From Utricularia gibba (lineage: Eukaryota > Plantae > Magnoliophyta), in the NCBI GenBank assembly GCA_002189035.1, contig NEEC01000017.1, positions 1,364,001-1,428,000 of the forward strand: 64,000 bases of DNA, written 5' to 3'. Under the pieces are notes generated by a model. It saw nothing but the letters and a program-made list of their open reading frames with translations, was not told the origin of the DNA and ran no database searches. Both the position numbers and the translations under genes were made by a program. Positions 23,363 to 34,446 of this stretch are shown here, one piece after another (position 1 is the first letter of the stretch; every line of letters starts with the position of its first letter).

Positions 23363-23824
23363 CTGGTGGTCTTCCCCTTTTTGTTTTTTATTTTCGATTA
23401 TTTTTTTCTAATTTAAAAATTGAATTTGGGTTTGGGTTGGGGTTTGATGGGCCCAAGCCTTTTTACTGTGGGCTTCAGATTCAGCTCTGGGCCTCGTGTT
23501 GGTTGCTTGCTTCGCTGTTGTGCTCCGCCGTCGGCGTTTTTTCGGCGGTGGTTCTACGGATTGTTCTTGTTGGATCCTGTTTGATTGCAAATTGGGCTCG
23601 TGATACTTTGCTGCAGCCAGAATCTTGATAGAATCTTCCGACGATGTATGTAACTGTTTCTAGTGTGTTGAGCTTCTATTTCTGGATTCGTAGGGTTTGA
23701 TGGTGTCGTGCTTTTCTGGGAATTATGTCATTTTGAAATTTCAGGAAAAACGTGTAACCAGATCAAAAGCCTTGTAGCAGTTTTAGTACGGTAGTCCCCC
23801 ATCGTTTTTCTACTGATATCAAGG

Positions 23825-25288
23825 ATGGAGAGTTCGGCTGAACAAGGAAGTGAACCGAGGGAAATGATTACTGGAATATATTCTGAATTTATGCTGAGGT
23901 TAGGCCTCAAAGTTTATGATGTTTGCTGCCGAGTCCCAAATTAACTGTGTGATAAATTATGTTTTCCAGTCGCATATTTTATGTAAATTTTGAATCTTTA
24001 GGACTAAGCAGTTCAGTATCTAACCACAGGATCACAAAATTTGAAGAGTTAGTGTCCGAGGGAAGCAAGTTCCTGACTGCCTTCCGAGAAGCGCTAGGTG
24101 AGTACTGAGTCTTCACTTGTATATTGTGATTTGGATTGCCTGTGAATGTTACGCGTTAGCTTTTTAGTTTGAGGAAGCGTTTGTGCTGTGTTCTCCTGCT
24201 CAGTTGGCTTGTAACCTAGATCAGTTGAGTGTTGATCAAGCCGAACTCTCCTTGGCTCTATAATATTATTAATTATTGACTCTTACCCAGGAATTATAGG
24301 TCGATCACCTATTGATACATCTTCGAGTCTGATCGAGAATATTCTTGATAGTTGTGGTACAAGGCAAGTTTTATCCTATATAGCTTCTGGATCCGTGAAA
24401 GCCGATGATGGTGCCCAGAGTGTGAGCAAGTGTAAGTTAAAACAGGATATTTTTTCCTTATTTGCAGAAGGTTTGATGAACTTTGAACTGGAAAATTGTG
24501 ATGCATGACCTTATCACTCATAGATTTTATTCTTCTAATTTTGGGGGAGGTGCATGAATGCTTTAAATCTTAAGCCTTTGATTGTTCCTAACCCTTAGAC
24601 TTATGGCAGAAGTGAGCACTTGTTATTGTGGTCTTCAGAATTGTATCAGTAAAGGTACTATGCCAAATTATGAAGTTCATCCTGCTGTTCCCTAGTATGA
24701 TTATATCAATATTGCAGGTAAAATTTTGGTTGGAGAACTTGAGAGTTTTGTGAATGAGGCAACATCCCTCATGGATGCCATGATAGCCAACTGTGAGGAT
24801 GCCCACAGTTTCTTGGATTCTTCGAGCAACACAAATGAAGTATCTATCTCCACCAACTCTTTTCCGTGCATGTTATATGTTGCATACTCCGCTCTGCTAG
24901 AATACTGCTTATACCCATTTTTACCAGGAACCATCATCATCAGGGGACCTCTTAAAGCAAGAAGTCACTCATTATGCCAGCATTTTGGCAACAGTGTATA
25001 ATATGGTGAAGCTGGATTATACAATGCAGGTATTTACTCAAATGTATGTACGATTTGTTTGAACCCTGTGCCTTTTTTGTATCTCATTTTGTGCTACCAC
25101 ATTTTTCTTTTTTGTTTACTCCCACTAAAAAGTTTATGGTGTTCCACACACGTTAGGCTCGAATTGTCTGTTCCCTTGGTTTCAAGTCCTCACAGGGAGA
25201 ACTAGAGACGTATTGCGAAATGTGGTCTCTTCGCCCTTACGTCGACGACGAAACAATGCAGAAAGCATGGAGCTTGCTCCCACCTTGA
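23825..25288 (+). CDS. Conserved uncharacterised plant protein (7 exons)
   Basis: Seven GT-AG exons join in one frame: MESSAEQG..IYSEFMLR|ITKFEELVSEGSKFL...YNMVKLDYTMQ|ARIVCSLGFKSSQGELETYCEMWSLRPYVDDETMQKAWSLLPP*. The C-terminus matches a plant DUF-type motif I recall but cannot name. Confidence 0.85.
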
Positions 25289-25467
25289 TCCGGATGTTCT
25301 TTGTGAGTTTTTTCGTGGTATGCTTTGTGAAGCTTTTAGTACATGAGCATATGCACTTTCTGAGGATGCATTACTTAGGAAACCATACTTCCATGGATCA
25401 TTAGCTTATTGATATACTACTAAAAGCCATCCAGGATAACAAGCAAGGAAGCAGACTTTCATCCCTG

Positions 25468-25833
25468 TCATGGGAAGCCCAGTGACCGAGTTCCGGGTCC
25501 CGAGCCTGCATGCGAACCAGCATATGATCCTGCCTCTGAACCAGCACCAGCACCAGTACCACCACCGCTTGAGCTTGAACTAGAACTAGAGCTAGAGCTT
25601 GAGCTGCTGCTCGAGCCAGCCCCTGATCCGGACCCGGACCCGGACCCAGACCCAGAGCCGCTACCCCCTGCACCCAGTCCAATCCCAACTCCAGCTCCAA
25701 TGCCCAGCCCCAAGCCACCCAAGTCCAAGCCAAGATCCATCCTGGCCACGCGGGCATCACAACCCGGCGCAAGCCCTGCACCCAAAACCAACCCCAAAAG
25801 AAACCAACCCATCAACTTCGCCATTGTGCTCAT
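25468..25833 (-). CDS. Secreted glycine/serine-rich cell-wall protein
   Basis: Signal peptide, DLGLDLGGLGLGIGAGVGIGLG, GS repeats, poly-S, and the family motif GSEAGSYAGS. Confidence 0.88.
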   Translation of the reverse strand: MSTMAKLMGWFLLGLVLGAGLAPGCDARVARMDLGLDLGGLGLGIGAGVGIGLGAGGSGSGSGSGSGSGSGAGSSSSSSSSSSSSSSSSGGGTGAGAGSEAGSYAGSHAGSGPGTRSLGFP

Positions 25834-26552
25834 TCATCCTCTTCGCCCATAGCCTTGCTTGCTATTTATTTGCAACTGTGAATGGAACAGAATCGCGAAG
25901 TGGGGCGTGCCTAGATTGCAATAATTCTGCGCACTAACATGGAAGATCAGGCATGCTCTTAGTGGACATGGCTCTTTCTACCGTCCATCCAATAGCAGAC
26001 CTGGTGCTGTTCCATCCAAAAACACAAACCCAGATCACATCCCGTTAAAATCCCTCCAGATGGCTGATTTAACTGCGCTGGAACCAAACCAAATCTTTGG
26101 CGATTCCCCATTGTCCATTCTCCATCAACATGGGAGAGCATCGATGTGACAAGGTACGCCTACTCTTTCTTGCGCAATCTGTTATCCGATTTATCCAGGC
26201 TCAACGGTAACTGTCGTGATTACAATCTCTCGACTCCATTAGGACATTCAACAGCTAAACATTGGCTGGAGATTCCGCAAACAAACGACCCATTTGCTGG
26301 ATGTAAATCCGCCATAGAATCCACGCCTCCATCTCAACGATGCCGATGTAACATGTAGCAGATACGGTAGGATACTGCATGTTGAAAAAATACTATGCAA
26401 AATTTCCTTTTGCATTCTTTTTTTTTTTTTTTGAAAAAAAGCCGTCATTCCCAAGAAAAGAATCAATCAAAGCAACACGAGTAGTTAAGACATCTTGGTC
26501 CAACCTGCAAGCCTCATGGGTACTCACTACTAGTAGTAGTCGTTAATGCCTG

Positions 26553-26820
26553 CCCCGAAATATGCAAGAACGCCTTCCCAAGACTAGGTTTTTGTTACCA
26601 AGGTTTGAAATTTAATCTAAATTTCGATTTTTCGACACAATTTCAACCCAAAATATGCAAAAACGCTTCCCAAGACTAGGTTTTTATTACCAAGGTTTGA
26701 AATTTAATCTAAATTTCGAGTTTTCGACACAATCTCAACCCAAAATACGCAAAAACGCCTTCCCAAGACTAGGTTTTTATTACCAAGATTTTAAATTTCG
26801 AGTTTCGACACAATTTCAAC
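26553..26820. repeat. Minisatellite, about 3 copies of a 92-94 bp unit
   Basis: CCC.AAATA.GCAA.AACGC(C)TTCCCAAGACTAGGTTTT...TTCGACACAAT.TCAA starts at about 26553, 26647 and 26739. The third copy has an internal deletion. Confidence 0.9.
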
Positions 26821-27782
26821 TCATCCCTGAAACAAAGACAACAATTTCAGCCTATTTTTAATCTTTAGGTCAATATAGCTCTATTGTTACTCCGCAATTA
26901 AGGACACGTGGTTCTTTTTTTTATTATTATTTTAAAATATTCCGGAAATTGGGCATTGATTTGCATAATTGCATGTGATTTGGTTTTCCAAACAATATGA
27001 AAAAAAACATACATTTTTAGGTAGATAATTAATAAACGAACGTGCATTTTGTCCTTGTTCTTTGTTCGGTTGCTCCATCATCTTTCAAAAACGGCTCATT
27101 TTCTTCCTCAATCCCTATCGAATACACGAAAAATAATCAAATCGATTCGATTCCGTAAACTCGAATCGATTAATTTTCAGATCCCATCTCTATGCTCTCA
27201 AGAAATACACATGAGATGTCACATATATATGTGTGTGTTATAAAACGTAAAATTATTGCTATTATTATGATGATTGTGTTTTAGGGTTTTGGTAATGTAA
27301 CATGGGAGTGGGCCCGCAGCCTGCATGTGCGCCCATGTGGGGTGTCGTTGCAACTTGCCATCGACCCCCCCACCCTACTACTACGGCGGCGCCCCTCCCC
27401 CGCCGAGCCACAATAAAACAATCCAAAAAACAATAAATAAATCCACTTTCCAGTGATTCCTTCTTTCTTTCTACGCCTCCGCTGCATATGTTCTTTGTCT
27501 GACTTTCCCCAGTTCTTGTCTGAACTCTGAGTCATGAAACGAGGGTAGGTGAAGTGAATGGATTCTGTAGGTCAAGTTCTCTGCTGATTTTCATTCCTCG
27601 TATGATGTTCCCTAGTTGCATCGTCAAGGAATGATCATTGTTCATTAGGGTTTTGTTTTTATTTACTTTGCTGTGGTAAACATTCTTGAATCTTGAACTG
27701 CGATCATGGTTTTTGGGGAGCAGTTCTGGCTCAAGAAACGGATGGCCATCTTCTTCATGTTGTGGGTTTTAAATGGTGCAGG

Positions 27783-28304
27783 ATGCGAGGCTCTTCGGCG
27801 CTGCAAAGGCAGGAATTTACGAGAAAATGGATGAAGAGTCTGAGACTGTACGCCAACCTGAAGAGGGGGATGCCCGTGTCTGAGCGCAGAACGGCCATAA
27901 AACTGTCCTCCGATGTGGCCATCGCCTCCACCAGGTCATCGTCCACCCGCTGGGGCCGGGCCGTGATATCAACCGCAGCCGAGAACCCGGATGACGCTGC
28001 CCAGATAATCGTTCGAAGCCTATCCGGCCAAAAGGCACATTCCAACCCCAAATACCGTAAGAAGATTCTGCGGAAGAGCCACCGGAGGGTGACCAAGAAA
28101 AGGTCCGCAAAATGTTTACACTGTATCAGGCCCCTGGACAGCCGCATCCGTGCGCTCAAGAGGCTTGTTCCCGGCGGGAAGGGGATCGCCGGCGAGGCCC
28201 GCCTGATCAGAGAGACCATGGATTACATTGCTTCTCTTCGGGTTCAAGTGGATGTGATGAATGGCCTTGCTTCCTTGTTTGGCGTGAGGGGTCCTGATCT
28301 TTAA
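27783..28304 (+). CDS. IBL1: Atypical non-DNA-binding bHLH, IBH1-like
   Basis: QEFTRKWMKSL, ERRTAIKLSSDVAIAS...TRWGRAVI, and HLH RIRALKRLVPGG...LIRETMDYIASLRVQVDVM. Single coding exon. Confidence 0.88.
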   Translation: MRGSSALQRQEFTRKWMKSLRLYANLKRGMPVSERRTAIKLSSDVAIASTRSSSTRWGRAVISTAAENPDDAAQIIVRSLSGQKAHSNPKYRKKILRKSHRRVTKKRSAKCLHCIRPLDSRIRALKRLVPGGKGIAGEARLIRETMDYIASLRVQVDVMNGLASLFGVRGPDL

Positions 28305-28538
28305 TTCTTACATGTGTTTGTTACAGCCGATGTTTTTACTCCATAGTTCCTTATTGGATTTGTTCTTAACATTCTTCCTTCTGTATGCCGTCTCTCTTGG
28401 TCACCGCTCACTCGCATCTGGTACGCGTACCAATACTGTTAGAAAGTTCACTGGGCCGATTCTCAGCCCATAAAAGGATCTAAATGGGCTGCAATTCAAA
28501 ACCATCCATCATTTCAAACACCTTTGGTTTAGATTTCA

Positions 28539-28889
28539 TTTGATAATAGAATATTAATATATTTAAATATAATGTAATTGAGTATGTATATACTCAATTG
28601 TAAGATATATAAAAAATTATATGTTTAATATTCAGAAATACAAATTTGAAGTATAATATTTGAAAAGACATAAATAAGAAAACATATGTTAGTATAGATA
28701 TAATTCACTCTTCTCCTTTCTTCTCCTCCCCTCCTCTCCCTTTCCTCCATTTGTATATACTACATATATGCTTAAAAAATGAGTATGTGAATGATACCGC
28801 TATACAAAGCTGAAATATATATGTTAATTAAAAAAATGTCAATTTAAATATAAATTTAGATATAAATTTTCTATATGATACTATCAAAC
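28539..28889. mobile_element. MITE-like non-autonomous element, copy 1
   Basis: Terminal inverted repeats TTTGATAATAG / ATACTATCAAA, AT-rich interior. Left, middle and right segments are homologous to 47520-47774. Confidence 0.6.
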
Positions 28890-30760
28890 ATCTTGTTATA
28901 TTGGATATATTAGTTTTGGTAAATATGCAGAGTGTGCTAAACTCCTTTAAAACTTCTGTCTACTACTTTACATGAACTTGTCCCCTAATTGATAAACCTT
29001 CATTAATATACATTTTTATCGAACACATATTTCTCATAAAAAATAACCACATTATATCTTCCAACCATACAATCACGAATAAATATTTGTTTTACGATTT
29101 ATCTCATTTAAAACATATTAATTGAAAAAAAACATGATATTTTCATTTCTTCTCTAATACAATGAGGCAAAAAAACTAATATTACAAATGTTTTATTGAT
29201 AAAAAAATATCAAGAATATTCAATTTTATCACATACATATCATAAGATTAACACTTATTTTCAAGCTGGGGTTATCCTAGCTGGCTTTGCCTTTAAACAC
29301 AATGATTATTATTCAATGATATTGACTTGTTTTGTCAACCACCCATTGAGAGTAATTTTCATAAAATAATATTTTTTAAAAAAGTCAAACTTTTCAAGAA
29401 ACCAAAACGTTGACTTGTAATTGAGAGGCCAGGGGCCAAGTTGGAAATTCTTCCTTAGTTTTTTTTCACCCTCCTAACATTTTCTGTTTGAAAAGCACGC
29501 GTATCTTTGTATATTGCATTAATTCCGGCTAAAATTGTAACCTAACCTGACCTAATTCCACAAAATTCAAACTTTAAAGGACCCGAGAAAAAAACAATGA
29601 GAACGGGTTTGATAGTATAGTTTAATTAATAATATATTTGATACTTTATATGATTATAATTGAAAGTATCTTAGATAGATGGGTTATACAAATATGTGTT
29701 TAAAATATTATTGTGTGTTGATAAATAAGTAAAAAAAAAAAAAAACGAACCAAAATCATAAGAGAGAAGAGATAACCATGATAGGAGGAATTATACGAAT
29801 GTTTTACAAATCATTTATATATTAGAAATCATGTTTATCAAAGAAATGTAATTTTTAATGATTGAGTGTAAATGAATCTTTAAGAGAAAGAGATAACTTG
29901 ATGAAAAGATACAAACCTATAAAATTAGGATTATAACCAAATAGAGTGAATTAAACAAATGTGACAATTAAACCAACAATGATGTACAATCAAAGTATTT
30001 AATTGTGAACAATTCGAATATACATGTTATAAGAGAATTTGTCCGTATTTGGAAATGTAAACAAGCAAACCAACCTAATAAAAAATGAGAATGACACAGG
30101 GTAAGAGTCTATTTTATTTTATTAATTTTTTGAATTGATTTTATTCAATTTTTAAAATTCTAATATTAAAATTAGAAGTTTAGACTTATGATTAACTTCA
30201 GAAATTATAGAATTTCTTAAATCTTTCTTTTAGAAATTAATTAAAAATATATATTATTCAATTTTTATCTATTTTAAAATATATATTTATAACATAATAT
30301 AAAATTATTGAATAATTTAATATATTACATTTTAAAATAGATAATTTATTTTATTAAATTTTATAATACAATTTTATATCATCTCACTTAATATTTTATT
30401 CATATAATTTTAAAGTTAATTTTATTCTATATAATATGAAGTACAATTTTAAATTACAGAATATGAGTTAAATTTGAAAATAAAGTTCAGACTTTCTAAT
30501 AAAGAAGTAATTTCCAATTTTTAAAGAGTGATTGCTTGTGAAATGCATAGGAGTTGCTGACCTAAGAAAAACCTTGTGTAGCGAGTTCAACTAGTTTTGG
30601 TGTTGACATGCTTTTGTCCCTAGCTCCTATTTGTCAACCATTCACCTTTCCATTGCCTTCCAGAGCTCCAATTTCCAAGTCAATATCCCATCTGCCATTT
30701 TGTGATTTTGTATAAAGTTCTCATCTTGCGCACATTCATTTTCAGCATCTTCCAAGGGAT

Positions 30761-31938
30761 ATGGAGAGGGCTCCTCCGCAGAGAAATCTTCCCTCACCTT
30801 CGGAGTTCAAAGGCCGTGGCTTCTCCATGAGTGGTAACAGCCCATTTGTAGTCATTGCGATCGTAGTCCTCGCCGCGGTTTTCTTCGTTTCCGGTGTTGT
30901 ATTCCTAGTGATTCGGTATCTACGGCGCCCCACGAGTGAAAACCCTGATGATATGGAGAGTATAAGTGCTCTTCATGGTCAGCTGAGGCGGCTTTTTCAG
31001 TTGCATGATTCTGGGGTGGATCAGTTATTCCTTGATGCATTTCCTGTTTTCAGATACAAGTCTGTTTTAGGGTCGAAAGCTCCCTTCGACTGCGCTGTTT
31101 GCTTGTGTGAGTTTGTGGCTGAAGATAAGCTGAGGTTGCTACCTAAATGTAGCCATGCTTTTCACTTGAATTGCATTGATACTTGGCTTCTGTCACATTC
31201 GTCTTGTCCTCTGTGTAGAGCGAGTTTGGTTCATGATCTATCCAGTGATGGGTGCTGCAGTTCTCCCAAAGTCATGCTTCTTGAATCTGAAAGTGGGAGT
31301 TCAAGGGGAACTTTTGTGATGCATCATTCTCTAGAATTGATTCCTTCCATGAAAACGATGATTGTTTCCATACAACTTCTCCATGTCCACTTCTTAGTTC
31401 GGGTGGATTGGATCAGGATGAAGAAAAAAGCAGGAGCACTAGGGAGAAACTTGTTCATATCAAGCTTGGGAAATGCAGAAGTAGTCATGTTGCAGTTGAG
31501 GAGACTAGTGATGCACAAACAGAAAGGTGCTTTTCAATGGGGTCATTTGCTTACATATTGGATGAGAGTGAAATCCTAAGAGTTCCTATTCAAATCTCGA
31601 ATACCAAACAATGTTGTGGCAAGAAGCCCTGCTCATGTGATAGTTCAAATATCTGGTTAAATGGGAAGAGGGAAAGGCTTGCTGTATCTGAGATGGAGTC
31701 ATTGAGGCGGGCCTATTCGACTCGATTGCTGATCAACCGGAATCAAGTTACCCCAACCATGCTCCCGGACCTGAAAATTCAAGAGAAAGGAATGGTTTAT
31801 GATGAGGAGGAAATGAGAAAATGCAGAAGCTTGGGTTCTCAGGTAAATTTCCCTTATGTGGGAACAAGAACTCTCCTGTGGCTTATGGGAAGGCATAGTA
31901 AGAATGCCCATGATTCACCTGCTTCAACTAGTGTATAG
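30761..31938 (+). CDS. ATL: ATL-family RING-H2 E3 ligase (ATL13/46-like); -1 frameshift near 31305-31315 as written
   Basis: TM segment, GLD motif HDSGVDQLFLDAFPVFRY, RING-H2 CAVCLCEF...CSHAFHLNCIDTWLLSHSSCPLCR. The conserved IKLGK...RCFSMGSFAYILDE tail lies in another frame; one extra base joins the two. Confidence 0.92.
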
Positions 31939-32054
31939 ACTAAGACTTTTTGGCTTTGAATTCTTTTTTTCATATACATCACAGTGAGTCCTTGCTTTTT
32001 TCCATGTCAAAATAGACGAGTTAAACAGCGTGAAAGCCAAACAAACCTGCAAAA

Positions 32055-33915
32055 TCATGCCACCATGGCAACATTCTCAACAAACACATTAGCACTCTCA
32101 TCGATTCTGTAGGAAATGTCAAAGCATTCAAGCACAAGGTGATACAAAATATCACTAGAAGTTAGCGAAGAGACTATGGTGTCCTCTTCACAATTATCAT
32201 CCTCGTGACAATCTGCCAAGCCTGGACCATCTCCAGTTTTGGCGTTCATATTGTATTGACTAGCATGCTCATGAGGTTGGTTACGGTTACGTTGAGACAC
32301 TGATCTTATGTCCCACGAGAGGACCTGCTTTATGAGGGACTGAAATTCCTCAGGGGAAGCATAAAGGGACTTCTGTTCCTAAAAGAAGCATTCATAAATC
32401 AGGGAAAAGGAGAAAGAAAAAGGAGTATGCAGTTTGATGAATGAAATGAGGTATTGAAGTGCAGTATCAGACCGCCTGAGACCAGCAACTTGCTAAACTA
32501 GACGAAAAACCATCTTGGAAATTGACAGAGGCTATAGCTAGTGCGTTATCCTCCTGCACAAGTACTAGATTCTTAAGTTACTGGTATGGAGTTCTACGTG
32601 AAAACAGCTGGACATAATCATAATTTAAGTGGCATGCCAAAAATTATCATTGAGTCAGAGCATACTTTCACCCAGGCAGGAACTTCAGCTCCTGGAATGC
32701 TGTCACAGTATGGTAAATAAGGCTTTATATCAAGTATGGGCTGCAAAAAGTATATAATGAAGAAAATTATATAATGAGGAAAATTGAATTCACAGTCACA
32801 TAGGGATTATGGTCACATAGGGATTATGGCAATCTTCTAGCAGTGAAGAGAACTTACAGTTCCATCAACAAGATCAACATCTGACACTAACAATGTAGAG
32901 CCATGTCTTGCCTCCAGCTGAAATTTCATACACAGATAAATGGGAATTTCTTATTTCAACGATTGAAAAAAAAAAAAAAAAAACAAAGATGAGGGATTTT
33001 GCTGTAAGAAAACCTTGGCAACTGTTAGTCCAATTGGGCAGGGGCGATGAGGGGACCTTGTTGCGAAAACCCCAACTCTTTTTCCCTTGAGTCTTGGCAC
33101 TCTGACCTACAAAACCAACGTCACTTACTACTATGAATCGCCATTCACAAAAAAGAAAGAAAAGTAACACCAACCTTTGCCTTAAATCCGGACTGGGATG
33201 GATTTTTCCATAGTTTTTCAATATCAGTGTTGAGATGAAAAACAAATATAATCCAGCAATGACTGAAACCTTCAAGATCCACTAGAGAAGCTTCTGGGAC
33301 ACGAGAAGGGTCAAACTTCAGGGATGCCCTAGCAAGAGGTACAAGCAAAGGCTGTCTTGGTGTTCCATTTCTGTACAAAATCCAATGAGTCGTAAACAAA
33401 AGCAAAATGAATTCTCAAAGTACATAGCGTGTCTATAGACTACCTCATAGAGAAGCATGAATGTACCACACCAATAGGCGCCATGGGGTACGAAAAAGAT
33501 TCACAATCTTCACCATTCGTCCTGGTCAATGCTTTTCTCAGAGCCTTCACCATTCAGAATAAGGAACTCAACCAACACTCCATGACCCTGGTCTCTAATG
33601 CCAACAACATTTAAAAGCCAACACTATGCAGACCTGCTGAGCCCTAATTCGTCCTTGTCGTTCAGCAGCGCATTTCTCCAAAGAACCCTTCAACGCCACT
33701 TCCAGTTCCTGAACTCTATTCCTACTCGGGAAAAACAAATTGGATTTCCTCCTCCACCAATAATCTGCACAAAACAAAACCCATTAGAACCAACTACAAA
33801 AACAGCAGACTAGAAAACAACTCATTAGGTACTGAGCGGGAAACTTACAGGAAACGGCAGCAGAACCCACCGCCACAGCGGCGGCGATCAGCAACTCCCT
33901 GCTGCCCCTTCCCAT
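32055..33915 (-). CDS. TRMO: TsaA/TrmO tRNA-Thr m6t6A37 methyltransferase homolog (9 exons)
   Basis: YPMAPIGVVHSCFSMRNGTPRQP, LEGFSHCWIIFVFH, VRVPRLKG..GVFATRSPHRPCPIGLT, DVDLVDGTPILDIKPY. Exons join in frame. Confidence 0.92.
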
Positions 33916-34446
33916 TAAACATGAAAACGGAAATTAAATTACAAAAACAAAATAAAAAAATGTTGGATTTATTAAGCCCAAATCGTACAAGCCCATTAGA
34001 AAAGCCTATAACCTGAGCCCAATCTTCGCGCCGCCTTATTGAAAAAAAAAATTTTTGATTTTTTTTTGTCTTAAAAGTCTTCTTTGTAGAGTAAATGATT
34101 AATCATTAGTCATTTTCATAAAGAAAATGATTAATTGATTTGGTCAAACCTTTTCTCATCAGTACATTCTTGAAAACTTAAATTAATTTTTAAAAAATTG
34201 AATAAAAAAAATACATCAATTTTTTAAAAAAAAAATATTTTGGGATTAGGGTTTTAAAAAAGTAGAGGCTGATTTTAATGAATTTTATTAATAAAATAAT
34301 GAGCTAAATTCCACTTGCACAGGTATGTAGAAAAGTACTCCAGCGAGTGGCGCAAAAACCCAATCTTTCAACCGAACGTCGCCGGACAGGATTCGCTGGC
34401 CTGGCCATTCTCGTTGTCGGTGGTTGATCTCCAGAGCTGTCCGAGT

